Shown here: positions 19,260 through 29,366 of the stretch, one piece after another
How the letters are laid out: each line of letters starts with the position of its first letter
Position numbering within the stretch: the first letter of the stretch is position 1
Position numbers and translations under genes: made by a program
The notes under the pieces: generated by a model
Seen by the model: only the letters and a program-made list of their open reading frames with translations
The model's database searches: none
What the model was told of the DNA's origin: nothing
Assembly (NCBI GenBank): GCA_965263355.1
Contig: CBDHHL010000056.1
Location: forward strand, 544,001-608,000
DNA: 64,000 nucleotides
Source of the DNA: Leptolyngbyaceae cyanobacterium
GTDB taxonomy: Bacteria > Cyanobacteriota > Cyanobacteriia > Phormidesmidales > Phormidesmidaceae
Reading direction: 5' to 3'

Positions 19260-21212
19260 ATGTCCATCGCATCCCAATGGTTTAAGGTACTCGATTTAGA
19301 TGAACTGCCTGAAGGTCGTGTTAAAACCGTGACTGTGGGGCATAAAAGTCTCGCCATGACCCATTACGACGGGCAGTATGGCGCTCTGGATAATCGCTGT
19401 CCCCACCAGGGGGGACCGTTAGGGGAAGGTTCCATTGAAAATGGTTATCTGCGCTGTCCCTGGCACGGGTGGGACTATTGCCCTCTCACCGGTCAACCCC
19501 CCGGCGATCTGGACGTAGATGACGCCCTGGAAACATTTCCCGTGGAGGTCCGCACCGACGGTATATATGTCGGCATAGCAGACGAACAGGTCCACAGTCG
19601 CACCGTCACCGATGTCATGGCGGAAACCCTGGTGAACTGGGGGGTTACCCATGTGTTTGGCATGGTGGGCCACTCCAATCTGGGGCTGGCCGATGCCCTG
19701 CGTCGCCAGGAAGAACAGGGCAAACTCACCTTTATCGGCATTCGCCACGAAGGAGCTGGGGCCTTTGCCGCATCTGCCTATGCCAAACTCACCGGACGGC
19801 CCGCTGGGTGTCTTACCATTGCCGGTCCTGGAGCCACTAACCTACTGACCGGCCTGTGGGATGCCAAGGTGGATCGCGCTCCCATATTGGCCCTGACGGG
19901 ACAGGTCAGCACTCAGGTATTGGGCACTGGCAACTTCCAGGAATGCGATTTGTCTGCCGCCTTTAGTGGAGTCGCGGCCTGGAGCCAGACGGTACTCAGC
20001 CACAGCAAGCACGCAGAACTAATGACCCAGGCAGTCAAACATGCCCTGCTACAGCGGGATGTAGCCCACCTGATTTTCCCGGACGAAATCCAAACAGAAC
20101 CCGCTGCTCCGGAAGCCACTGCCTCTAGCCCCACAGGCAGACTTACTCCGTTGCAGATTGCACCGCCGCCTGACTCCCTGGCCCAGGCAATTGAGCAACT
20201 CAACGCGGCAAAACGCCCCGTCATTATCGTTGGCCACGGTGCCCGGTTCACCATGGAGCCTATCATTGCCCTGGCGGAAATGCTCAACGCTCCTGTGTTG
20301 ACCACCTTCAAAGGTAAGGGGCAAATCTCCGACCATCATCCCCTGGGCTGTGGCGTATTGGGACGCAGCGGCACCCCCATCGCCTCCTGGTTTATGAATG
20401 AGTCGGATCTGTTGTTGGTCTTTGGGGCCTCTTTCTCTAATCACACTGGCATTTATCCTGGTATGCCCATTATTCAGGTGGACTTTGACCCGCTGGCATT
20501 GGGCAAGTTCCATCCAGTGACGGTGCCCGTATGGGGAGAGATTAGTATTGTGGTGGAACAGCTCCGTTCTGCGCTGGCAGACGTTACCAACACAGAAGAC
20601 CAGCGATCTGAAATTGCAGAACGCTGGGCTATCTGGAGAGAAGAAAAGAAACGTCGGGAAGACGACGATCGCGGCAATGGCATCAACTCCGCTGCAATTT
20701 TTGCGGCCATGACTCGTCAGGTGCCTGCCAATGCGGTGATTTCAGTGGATGTGGGCAACAATACCTATTCCTTTGGTCGCTATTTTGAATGTGAGGCCCA
20801 GTCAGTCTTAATGTCAGGCTATTTAGGCTCCATTGGTTTTGGTTTTCCAGGGGCTATGGGTGCCTGGGCAGCGGCTGGTCATGAGCGGCCCATTGTTTCT
20901 GTGTCTGGAGATGGTGGCTTTGGCCAGTATATGGGCGAGTTTACTACGGCAGTGAAGTATGGCATGAATATTACCCACATTCTGTTGAATAATAGTGAGC
21001 TGGGTAAGATTAGTAAGGAACAACGGGCCGGGGAATGGGATGTCTGGCAAACGTCTTTGCATAACCCTAGCTTTGCTGAGTTTGCCGAGATTTGTGGCGG
21101 TAAAGGAATTCGAGTAACTGAGAAGTCGGCGTTAGATGAGGCGATTTCTGAGGCGTTGGCCTATGATGGGCCTGCCATTGTTGAAGTGGTGGCGGATGTA
21201 AATCTGATTTAG
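19260..21212 (+). CDS. Rieske domain fused to a ThDP-dependent pyruvate oxidase/acetolactate synthase-like enzyme
   Basis: Rieske CPH...CPWH; RHEGAGAF with catalytic Glu, GPGATN, ThDP motif GDGGFGQ...LLNN. Confidence 0.92.
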   Translation: MSIASQWFKVLDLDELPEGRVKTVTVGHKSLAMTHYDGQYGALDNRCPHQGGPLGEGSIENGYLRCPWHGWDYCPLTGQPPGDLDVDDALETFPVEVRTDGIYVGIADEQVHSRTVTDVMAETLVNWGVTHVFGMVGHSNLGLADALRRQEEQGKLTFIGIRHEGAGAFAASAYAKLTGRPAGCLTIAGPGATNLLTGLWDAKVDRAPILALTGQVSTQVLGTGNFQECDLSAAFSGVAAWSQTVLSHSKHAELMTQAVKHALLQRDVAHLIFPDEIQTEPAAPEATASSPTGRLTPLQIAPPPDSLAQAIEQLNAAKRPVIIVGHGARFTMEPIIALAEMLNAPVLTTFKGKGQISDHHPLGCGVLGRSGTPIASWFMNESDLLLVFGASFSNHTGIYPGMPIIQVDFDPLALGKFHPVTVPVWGEISIVVEQLRSALADVTNTEDQRSEIAERWAIWREEKKRREDDDRGNGINSAAIFAAMTRQVPANAVISVDVGNNTYSFGRYFECEAQSVLMSGYLGSIGFGFPGAMGAWAAAGHERPIVSVSGDGGFGQYMGEFTTAVKYGMNITHILLNNSELGKISKEQRAGEWDVWQTSLHNPSFAEFAEICGGKGIRVTEKSALDEAISEALAYDGPAIVEVVADVNLI

Positions 21213-21376
21213 AGAATTCTAGGAGGAGTTCAGGTCGACTTACTAGCTATCCAATAGGCTGTCAATCTTCATCGACGGCAGCCCTAGAGGGTGAGAGCCT
21301 AGCTATAAGTAGTACGGTACTTTGATGCTTACCAACATCAGTTATACCTGTCAATCAAAAAAGGGCTCTATTTGCA

Positions 21377-22153
21377 TTAAGACTCACCATAGTCATGGTC
21401 TGGATGGTTGCTGGCTCCAGCTTTCCAATACCCTCGCGAAACTAGTCGTTTTTTGCTAATGCCCTGTTGGTTTAGCAAATAAGCCCGCATCTGCCGCATG
21501 GCATTGGCTTCACAGGCAATCCACCAAAAGACATCATCACTATCTTTCACTCGGGTTAACGCCTCAGGTAAGTAGTTCTCTAGGAGCATGCCTGGTCTGG
21601 CCGCTTGTTCCTGGCGAAATAGCCATGTGGGTTCCACATCAACAGAGGAACTAAGCGATCGCAACTCACTCGCATCTTCGACTTCACAAATCACGATGGG
21701 GGTACAGCCCGCTGGTAGTGCCTCCAGCACCGTGCCTGCTGCCGGGATGGCAGACTCATCCACCAGCATCACCATAGTTTTCAAACTCGCTGGAATATCC
21801 ATGCCACCGCCCGGTCCCGCGACTGTTAAGGGGGCACCCACCTGAGCCTGGCTTGCCCAAGTGGAGGCCAGGCCATTACCGTGGAGCACAAATTCCACCG
21901 TTAGCTCGTTGGTATCAGGGTTAAAAGATCGGGGAGTGTATGTACGCATTTGCGATCGCATTTTCTTGGGGTCAGCAGCTCCGTTAGTATCAGCACCAAA
22001 CAACAGTTTGATATGTGCCCCCGGACGGGAAACGGAAAAACCTGCCAGGGTTTCACCGCTAAAAACGATCCGTCGCACCCGAGGGGTGACTTGCTCAATG
22101 GTTTGAACAGTCACCTGTCGCATTGGCGGACGACGTCTGAGCTTAGAGAGCAT
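21377..22153 (-). CDS. Siderophore-interacting protein (ViuB-like FAD-binding reductase)
   Basis: PGAHIKLLF, MRTYTPR, FVLHG.G.AS.WA, DESAIPA, WIACE, GYWK. Confidence 0.9.
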   Translation of the reverse strand: MLSKLRRRPPMRQVTVQTIEQVTPRVRRIVFSGETLAGFSVSRPGAHIKLLFGADTNGAADPKKMRSQMRTYTPRSFNPDTNELTVEFVLHGNGLASTWASQAQVGAPLTVAGPGGGMDIPASLKTMVMLVDESAIPAAGTVLEALPAGCTPIVICEVEDASELRSLSSSVDVEPTWLFRQEQAARPGMLLENYLPEALTRVKDSDDVFWWIACEANAMRQMRAYLLNQQGISKKRLVSRGYWKAGASNHPDHDYGES

Positions 22154-22325
22154 ACTTTTGTTTTGTAAATTGACAGTTGAAATGAATAAAAAACTTTTCA
22201 GTCACTTGATGATGGTGTTGATTTGTCAACACTCTTGTGTGGTCGGCATTTTTGGGACTCTACATTGTCATAACGTTAGCGACCATTTCGGCTGCCACAA
22301 TGGTTGGCGTGTTCCCACTCATCCC

Positions 22326-23153
22326 TTAGGGGTTGCTAGCTTTCATAACGTCACTACCAAAGCCAAACTTGCCGTTTTCATTTTTCCATTGATCGCGAGG
22401 TAGAAGTGTTTCAAGAATGTCCCAATGTTCGACAATAAGTCCATCTTGGATCCGGAAGAGATCATAGTAAATGGTAGGCTTGCCCATCATCTCTCCTTGG
22501 GAGAGCGCTAATACAAAATTACCCTCTCCAAAAATCGCACCATCTTTGGAGAGAACCATTGGTGTGCCAGCGTTAGCCATAGCGGTCATACCATTCATCA
22601 AAGTCTCCAACCCATCATCAACTAATGGATTATGTTGGGCAAACTCCTTAAGAGAGAAGAAGTTTGGGAGTTTATCTATGTTCCCTTCTTGGGAAAGCAC
22701 TTCTGCATATAAGCGCTTAACTAAATTTTTGTTCTCCTCGGTTTTATTGAGATCTACGATTTCAGTGGGTCCATCGATCATGCTACGGCCCGATACCGTT
22801 TCGGTTACCGTGGTTTGCAGGTTATCCCAATGCTCTACAACCAAGCCATCTTCGAAACGAAATATATCAAAACCGATTTTCGGCCCAAAAAAGTCATACT
22901 CCGTATGGGTAATGACATAATTTCCGTCTTGGAAGGCGCGAACCACATTTGCCGAGAATCCTTGGGGAGGAGCGTTCTTTATGATTTCAGCAAATCCAGC
23001 CAAACCGTCGGCTACCGCCAAATTGTGTTGAATATATTTGTTGGGATTGATGTAAGTAATGGGGCCTTGATCACCAGTATTGAGGCTGTTTAAGAGAGCC
23101 AAAACCTTTTCCTTCGGTGTTAGTGATTCCATTTCAGACACAGATTGTTTCAT
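22326..23153 (-). CDS. Tandem SnoaL-like / NTF2-fold protein
   Basis: YIQHN...DG, FDIFRFEDGLVVEHWD and YDLFRIQDGLIVEHWD. Confidence 0.88.
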   Translation of the reverse strand: MKQSVSEMESLTPKEKVLALLNSLNTGDQGPITYINPNKYIQHNLAVADGLAGFAEIIKNAPPQGFSANVVRAFQDGNYVITHTEYDFFGPKIGFDIFRFEDGLVVEHWDNLQTTVTETVSGRSMIDGPTEIVDLNKTEENKNLVKRLYAEVLSQEGNIDKLPNFFSLKEFAQHNPLVDDGLETLMNGMTAMANAGTPMVLSKDGAIFGEGNFVLALSQGEMMGKPTIYYDLFRIQDGLIVEHWDILETLLPRDQWKNENGKFGFGSDVMKASNP

Positions 23154-23181
23154 TTAGATCTAAGGTGTTGCTTTAATAGCC

Positions 23182-23260
23182 ATCATAAATAAACAGACCG
23201 ATATAATAAATGGTCAAAAATGATAATGTTTAGGATTAAAAATGGACACACTGTCCTTTG
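23182..23260 (-). promoter_or_regulatory. Conserved promoter element copy 2, including a copy of the first araC codons
   Basis: CCGATATAATAAAT-GGTCAAAAATG-n11-GATTAAAAATGGACACACTGTCC; minus-strand TATGAT 24 nt from the proximal repeat. Confidence 0.7.
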
Positions 23261-23328
23261 GTAAGTGATTTGAAGAAGGGGCAGGCTCCAAACATATAGG
23301 GCATCAATTGGGAGCCGATGGCCTAGTA

Positions 23329-24661
23329 TTACCTCGATATTTCCAAGTTACCGCTGCGGATATGTAAATCCCTCTGTGGGTAGGGCATTTCAATTCCATG
23401 ATCGGCGAAAGCTTGCCAGACCGCACAAATCAGTTCACTGGTTACCACCTTAAAAATCAACGGATCGGCAATACAAAATTTCAACTCATAATCAATACTA
23501 GAGTCACCAAAATTAAGAGCAAACGCGGATGGAGGTGGCGTTTCTAGGACCTGGGGATGTTCATGGGCAACGGATAACAGTACCTCAATTACTTTAGGGG
23601 GACTGCAATCGTAATGAGCCCCTACCACCAATGAAAGAAACACGAGATTATTGCTGCCGGTCAAGGTGGAAACATTTTGAGTGAAAAAGATCTGATTCGG
23701 GATAATTTCCTCAGAGTTATCTTTGACCACTTGCACTGTCGTCGCCCGCACACCTAATCGAACTACCTTGCTAATATCGCCATCAATTTTGATAATGTCT
23801 CCTGGTTTTAAGGCGCCTTCAAACAATAACCAGATACCACTGACAAAATTGCTAATAACCTCTTTAAGGCCAAAGCCTAACCCGACTGAGAGTCCCCCAG
23901 AAATTGCAGCCACAGCGGTTGGGCTGACACCCACATAGCCAAAAATTAAGACCGTCCCTAATGCAATCAGAAAATATCGCAGGATCAATGACACTACTTG
24001 CCTGATTCTAGAATTTTGAAACCCTTGATTTTGAAAAATCGTTAACAGTAGATTTTCAAATAGAAATACCCCAATATTCCAGAAATACAGCCCTAAAATA
24101 CTGATGAATAAGGCTTTTAAGAGAACGGAAAAGATTTAGCACATTAACATGGGCAAGCTGTCGTAGATTAAAGAACCAACTAAGAAGACGGCAGACCGCA
24201 TAGAGGCAAAAGAGTGGCCCCAAAAACAGAAGACGGACACGTTTGACAAAGGTAATGGGTAAAAATGTAAAAAGCGATCCGACAAAGAGGCGATAAAGCC
24301 AAAAATCCCCTATAATGTTCAGGCCATCGGTTAAATATCCTGCAAACCAGCCCCATTGTTTAAACAACAGGGTGACGATGCCAACGGCAATCCAAATCAA
24401 TGTCGGAGTGGTTAAATAATGAATTAGAGCAAGACTATATTGTCTCCACTCCAGTCGTTGATTACAGGTTTCGTCTACGTTGAGCTGAGGATAACGTTGC
24501 CTGAGTTGCAACCAAATCCATCGAGATATGGCCCAAGCCAACAATGTCGTGCTCACAACTGCAAAAAATTGGCGTTGGACGACGGGACGCTGGAAAAAAA
24601 TACTGACTTTGAGTAATTCATTCCAAAGATAACTGAGGGGTAGGCTTGTTGAATCGGTCAT
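23329..24661 (-). pseudogene. Small-conductance mechanosensitive channel (MscS family), frameshifted near 24128
   Basis: The 3' ORF has GLGFGLKEVISNFVSG...GD, IIPNQ, FGDSSI, IEMPYPQRDLH, and its frame stays open upstream (VLLKALFISILGLYFW...) to about 24128, where the 5' ORF leaves frame. Confidence 0.85.
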
Positions 24662-24671
24662 TGTTTCCTAG

Positions 24672-25982
24672 TTACTCCTCCAAGCCAAATTCTTGTTGAA
24701 CAATCGCTTTGATTTCGGTTTCCGCCCTATTCGGGCTGAGTTCTCCAGCTAAAACTTGTTGATATAGGACATTGCCACGCTCCACCACCGCCTCAGTCTG
24801 TTCCATTGCATCCAATGCAATCGCTAAGGCATTATTAGATTGCTCTTGCAATGTTGCACGAATCGGAAATAATTGTGGGTTAATCGTGACCAGCTTGTTG
24901 CTAGGGATAAACGGAATAGCAGCTTCGATTCTCTTTTGCTGTTCTGTATTGGTTAGAAACTGAGCCAGTCTAAGGGCTAATTGGTATTGTTTAGAGCTAG
25001 AAGCTTGATTGAATACAATAATTCCCGTCTCCAGGATGGGACTGGCCGGTTGATTGGGCCGCCCCGGCAGCAGAGTCACCCCGAGTTTTTTTTTATCAAG
25101 GATTCGACTAAAGTCTGGGAGCCAATCTGAACGGCATCCGAGATAGGCCAATTGCCCGTTTAGAAAGGCCTGCCGCAGCGCTGCCGTATCGTCACTCAGA
25201 ATAAAATTAGGTTCATTTTGGGCGTCTTTAAGCCACCGTAACCATTGGGCCCAGGCTCGCCATTGCTGGGCATTAACGGTATCTTGGTTCTCAACCGATG
25301 TCTCGCCAAAGCTGCCGATACCCCAATAGGTTTCGAGAAAACCAGACATAAGACCCACGGAGTAGCCTTGTTGAGCCTGTTGAATCAGATCTGATAGGGT
25401 ATTGGGGAGAGTTTTAACTTTAGTTTTGTTGTAGCAAAGGACTTGGGTCGTCAGGAACAACGGTAAGCCATAGGGTTTGCCTTGATAATAAACATTCTTC
25501 AGGGCTTCGGTGCGAAACTGAAAGGCTTTAAGGTCTGTTTCGTCCACCGTCCTGAGGAGTCCAGCTTCAATGACGTCAATCAGTTCAGGATTGGCACGTA
25601 CACTTAAGAGGTCAGGGCCAGCACCTCGCTGAATTTGGGCTTGTAGGGGCGCTTGGATCTGTCTAAATGGAAAGGTTTCAACAAAGATCTTAACTTGAGG
25701 ATATAGCTTATTAAAGTCTTCAAGATTGGATCGAACCACCTGTTGAATACTTCCCTCTTGACTTTCTGCTCCCGTCGATGGCAGTTCGACCCACAGCAAA
25801 ATTTGGCCTTGAAGGGACTCCTTTTGGTCGGTCTCAGGTTGAAGTTGTAGCTGCGATGAACAGGCGGTGATAAAAAACAGACCAATCGAGAGCAGCACAA
25901 CGCAGGCTATCCGAACGGTTGACAGGGGTATTATTTTCTTAAACAGTGGGAGACTCAAAGTGCGATCAGGTAGTCGAGACAT
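24672..25982 (-). CDS. Extracellular solute-binding lipoprotein (carbohydrate ABC SBP type)
   Basis: Lipobox-like FITAC, GAGPDL, YGLP...LCYNK. Confidence 0.85.
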   Translation of the reverse strand: MSRLPDRTLSLPLFKKIIPLSTVRIACVVLLSIGLFFITACSSQLQLQPETDQKESLQGQILLWVELPSTGAESQEGSIQQVVRSNLEDFNKLYPQVKIFVETFPFRQIQAPLQAQIQRGAGPDLLSVRANPELIDVIEAGLLRTVDETDLKAFQFRTEALKNVYYQGKPYGLPLFLTTQVLCYNKTKVKTLPNTLSDLIQQAQQGYSVGLMSGFLETYWGIGSFGETSVENQDTVNAQQWRAWAQWLRWLKDAQNEPNFILSDDTAALRQAFLNGQLAYLGCRSDWLPDFSRILDKKKLGVTLLPGRPNQPASPILETGIIVFNQASSSKQYQLALRLAQFLTNTEQQKRIEAAIPFIPSNKLVTINPQLFPIRATLQEQSNNALAIALDAMEQTEAVVERGNVLYQQVLAGELSPNRAETEIKAIVQQEFGLEE

Positions 25983-26047
25983 GCTACCTTACCATTGCGA
26001 TCGCTCCCAGTTTCTTGATTATTGCAGTTATTTCAGATTTAGCCGCC

Positions 26048-26120
26048 AGCATAATCAGCCAGTCGATATAATAAATAGTCATAATCATGACGTTTAGGGT
26101 CAAAAATGGACACACTGTCC
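26048..26120 (-). promoter_or_regulatory. Conserved promoter element copy 3, overlapping the araC start codon
   Basis: CGATATAATAAAT-AGTCATAATC...GGTCAAAAATGGACACACTGTCC; minus-strand TATGCT. Confidence 0.7.
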
Positions 26121-26993
26121 CTTGCCAATGTGAAATGGTCATCTGCGGTCAACAGTCACTTTGAAGTGGTGCGATTAGAGAGACTAGAGACTTTAAACCA
26201 GCGAGGGCTGCCTGATGATCACGATCCCTGGCAGCCACACCGTCTTCACTTCCATGCTTTAATTTTGTTTACCCAGGGGCAGGGCACCCACGGCATTGAT
26301 TTTAGTGATTACTCCGTCAAGGCAGGGACATTGATTCACATTTGTGCCAATCAAATACATCATTTTGGCCATAGCCAGGGATTAGAGGCCTTTATGGTCG
26401 TGTTTTTGCCTGCTGCCTTGCCGACCAATTTATTAGGACTATCCACCAGTATTTCCAGTCCCGTATCCTGGTCTACCATTCAATATATTTGGCCCTCTGT
26501 CACATCGCTTAAGTTGAGACAAGCCCATCTGCTCCAACAACACATTGAACTTTTGGAAACGTATCAAACAACAGCCTCCGGTCAGCAACCCGCTGCGCAG
26601 TATCTGTTATGGTCCATAATTTCCTTCGCATCTCAGGCGGCAGTAGAGGCTGAAAAGCATCACTCGGGCAAGACGATAGATCCACGGTTTCTAGAATTTG
26701 TTGAGTTGCTAGAGCAATCGTTTGAGTCCTGTCGCAATGTGAAATGGTATGCGGCACAAATGAACTGCTCGGCAAGAACGCTTTATCGCATCTGTATGGC
26801 AGCGGTTGGTAAATCGCCTAAGGCAATTACGAACGAGCGGGTGGTGGTTGAAGCCCAACGTCGCTTACTGTTTGGTAATAAAACGGTTAAAGAGGTGGGA
26901 TATTCATTAGGTTTTGAAGAGACTACTAATTTTATTAAATTCTTCAGACACCTTGTTGGTCAGAATCCCGATGAGTTTCGTAAGACAGTCTAA
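26106..26993 (+). CDS. AraC-family transcriptional regulator
   Basis: Cupin PHRLHFH...G.H.IDF; C-terminal HTH pair VKWYAAQM and VKEVGYSLGFEETTNFIKFFR. Confidence 0.93.
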   Translation: MDTLSLANVKWSSAVNSHFEVVRLERLETLNQRGLPDDHDPWQPHRLHFHALILFTQGQGTHGIDFSDYSVKAGTLIHICANQIHHFGHSQGLEAFMVVFLPAALPTNLLGLSTSISSPVSWSTIQYIWPSVTSLKLRQAHLLQQHIELLETYQTTASGQQPAAQYLLWSIISFASQAAVEAEKHHSGKTIDPRFLEFVELLEQSFESCRNVKWYAAQMNCSARTLYRICMAAVGKSPKAITNERVVVEAQRRLLFGNKTVKEVGYSLGFEETTNFIKFFRHLVGQNPDEFRKTV

Positions 26994-27005
26994 GTTGTAC
27001 AACCA

Positions 27006-27131
27006 GGTATCAACGCAAAGGGGGATGATTTCCTCAATAATTTAGAATTCGGAGTACTCTACAAGAAGGGCAAAGCCCTACGGAATACACCCTTTCCGAA
27101 TGCCGAAACGTCCTGACTCAAGTTGATACCC
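27006..27131. mobile_element. MITE-like element
   Basis: Terminal inverted repeats GGTATCAAC (27006) and GTTGATACC (27122); related ends at 36418-36490. Confidence 0.6.
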
Positions 27132-27222
27132 GTCCCAGACGATATATTGCAGACCTCCATATTGGCTTGCATCTACTCAGCAAGAACTCTATAGTCTTGT
27201 CAACGTACTATGCGGAGGCAGT

Positions 27223-28084
27223 AATGTCGGCAACAAAGGCACGAGTAGTCTGCTGTGAGGACCACACCCATAACCTTACTTTATTATCCACAGCCTTGAC
27301 CCAGGCTGGATTTTGGGACTGCCTCTCCTCATCTATCGAGGCGACAGACGTTGCATCAGAGGATTTTAACATTCTCATTATCCCCGATTTTTCCTACTTT
27401 AGTGAAACCTCCTCTACGGGAACTGACCCCGCTCTGGTAGAGGGGTTAATCGATTTACTCCACAAGCAAGGGTATACCAATGTCGTGGTGGGGGCCTCCC
27501 AGGGAAGTGCTGTCTAGTGGCTAGAAAACCGTGATGTCATGGTGGGGGCAGATATGGTCGGATATCGATTTGTGACTGAAGCTGGCCATGACTATGATGT
27601 GATTGATTTATCAGAGGATAGGGTGGATGTGCCATTTCCCCAGGAAAGTGTACTCCATGGTACGGAACTGGCCCGTCCCTGGGTGGAGGCAGAGTTTCGC
27701 ATTATTGATGAGTGACCCGATCTGTTTGATAGTTTGCGCAGTATACGGCAGGCAGCGACCCAGGCCTATGATGTATTGTGTCGTGGTTCGTTTTTTACTA
27801 GTAATCGTCATATTCTCAGCGCCATGAGAATTAGTCGTTTTTCGCTGATTGATTCTCTCCATGCCTGTCAACTTTCCCGAGATCAGTCACTTCTGTTTAC
27901 GGCAAATCGCGGCTTAAATCATATTACGCTTTACGATTATCCCTCGGCAAAATTGCGTTTGCGGGTGCCCATGCCAGATTTACAGAATTATGTGCCAGGT
28001 CTCTCTCCTTTGGCCGATCCTCACCTTGGGTTTCACCATAGTTATCTCATCAGTCCTGATAGCTTAGGACAACATCAAAGCTAA
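27223..28084 (+). pseudogene. Chimeric remnant: DUF362-like N-terminus with in-frame stop, joined to an unrelated-looking C-terminal fragment
   Basis: ILIIPDF...TGTDPALVEGLIDLLHKQGYTNVVVG, TAG at 27515, frame continues WLENRDV...VIDLSED...LARPWVEAEFRII and breaks near 27705; a coding-like tail ends at 28084. Confidence 0.65.
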
Positions 28085-28122
28085 AAAGTAGGCTATGGAC
28101 ACAGCCAGACTAATGTAATCAT

Positions 28123-28158
28123 AAAAAAAGAGGCTACTGAGCTAAAACAGCAGCCTCC
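28123..28158 (-). terminator. Probable intrinsic terminator
   Basis: GAGGCTACTG...CAGCAGCCTC stem flanked by A-tracts, downstream of the PEP-CTERM gene. Confidence 0.55.
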
Positions 28159-28210
28159 AAAAATATCACTAGAACACGCGAAATCTTAATGATCACAAAC
28201 AAGCTAATCT

Positions 28211-28993
28211 TCAGCCAACAGAATTTAAGGCAAGGCAAGCCGTCTGATGTTGAGAACGATTCCGTTTGCCCAGGATAAGGATGCCTGCCAGTAAACTAAC
28301 CCCTAATAGGGCACCTGGTTCTGGTGTTTGAACAGGCTCATCTTCAGGATCAGGATTGACACTAATCAGTTCACCGCCCAGCAACTTATCACTCAAGTTT
28401 CCATTAACCTGCTGAAAACGAACTGCAACATTTAACTCCTCAGCCATAATAGCGGCTTCAAATCGGGCTCGAAATTCTTCTACTGATTCGCCATTAAGGC
28501 CATCAAACACTAATGAAGCATTATTTGTTAATCCCTCAGCCAAGGCACCATTAGCATTGCCCCCTACAAAGTTGTTATTGTCAGCAATGGCAAAATCAAA
28601 GTTACCTACACCTGCCATACCGCTAAATGGTTGGAAGCTAACATTTTCTAGTAATGTATCCAGTTCAGTGCCAAGATTGCTGGATGCCAGGCTAAACTCA
28701 TCAAACATATCAAAGGCAATACCTGTGAGTTTCGATGTGGTTGCCCCAACCCCAAAGGTTTCTTCTCCAGTTGTATTTTTAATTTCTAGATCAATCTGAA
28801 CTTGATCGCTCCCAAGGTCCTGAAACTCAAACTTGACGGTAGCGGCTGCCCCTGTGGCTGTTGGATTTGATGATTCGCTATCTACACCGAAGTTATAAGT
28901 AAATGCACTAGCCGGGAACGTAGTGGCTAAAACAGTACTGATCCCTATTCCCAAAGCTAATGAAACCGTTGACATTACAGATTGTGTGTGCAT
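28211..28993 (-). CDS. PEP-CTERM sorting-domain protein
   Basis: Signal peptide ending ASA, C-terminal TPEP, TM helix and KRNR. Confidence 0.88.
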   Translation of the reverse strand: MHTQSVMSTVSLALGIGISTVLATTFPASAFTYNFGVDSESSNPTATGAAATVKFEFQDLGSDQVQIDLEIKNTTGEETFGVGATTSKLTGIAFDMFDEFSLASSNLGTELDTLLENVSFQPFSGMAGVGNFDFAIADNNNFVGGNANGALAEGLTNNASLVFDGLNGESVEEFRARFEAAIMAEELNVAVRFQQVNGNLSDKLLGGELISVNPDPEDEPVQTPEPGALLGVSLLAGILILGKRNRSQHQTACLALNSVG

Positions 28994-29308
28994 ACTTTCT
29001 ATTTCCTAGACGTTTTTGCAGGCTAAAGAAACTTGTTATGTGACAAACGTTTTGCCACTACCAGATCAATGTATCTATTTACACAAGTAGATGTCATCCC
29101 AAAGACTAACGATTGGCAATAGCTTTAAGCACTGCAAAAAAAGGGTTATAGACTTTTACTAAAAACCTTTAAATATGCGGATAAGCACGTATAAAAAATC
29201 TATTAAGGTAAATTTTAGGAGTAATTTCCAGGAAATATACTTAGCCATCCTTCAAGAAGGCAAAGACACAATCACCGACCAGTAATGATTTCTGCATGTA
29301 AATTCCCC

Positions 29309-29340
29309 TAGACCCTATAGTTTACTGTAGGGTCTAAGCT
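29309..29340 (+). promoter_or_regulatory. MerR/CueR-type operator-promoter
   Basis: Dyad TAGACCCTATAG-ttta-CTGTAGGGTCTA spanning -35 TAGACC and -10 TAAGCT with a 20-bp spacer. Confidence 0.8.
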
Positions 29341-29366
29341 AAGAGGAGTTCATCAGGAAGTAAACC

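Noticed and set aside
17255..26120. Repeated ~55-bp element as CRISPR repeats or IS ends
   Set aside because: Copies are kilobases apart, there are no spacers, cas genes or transposase, and each sits at a promoter position
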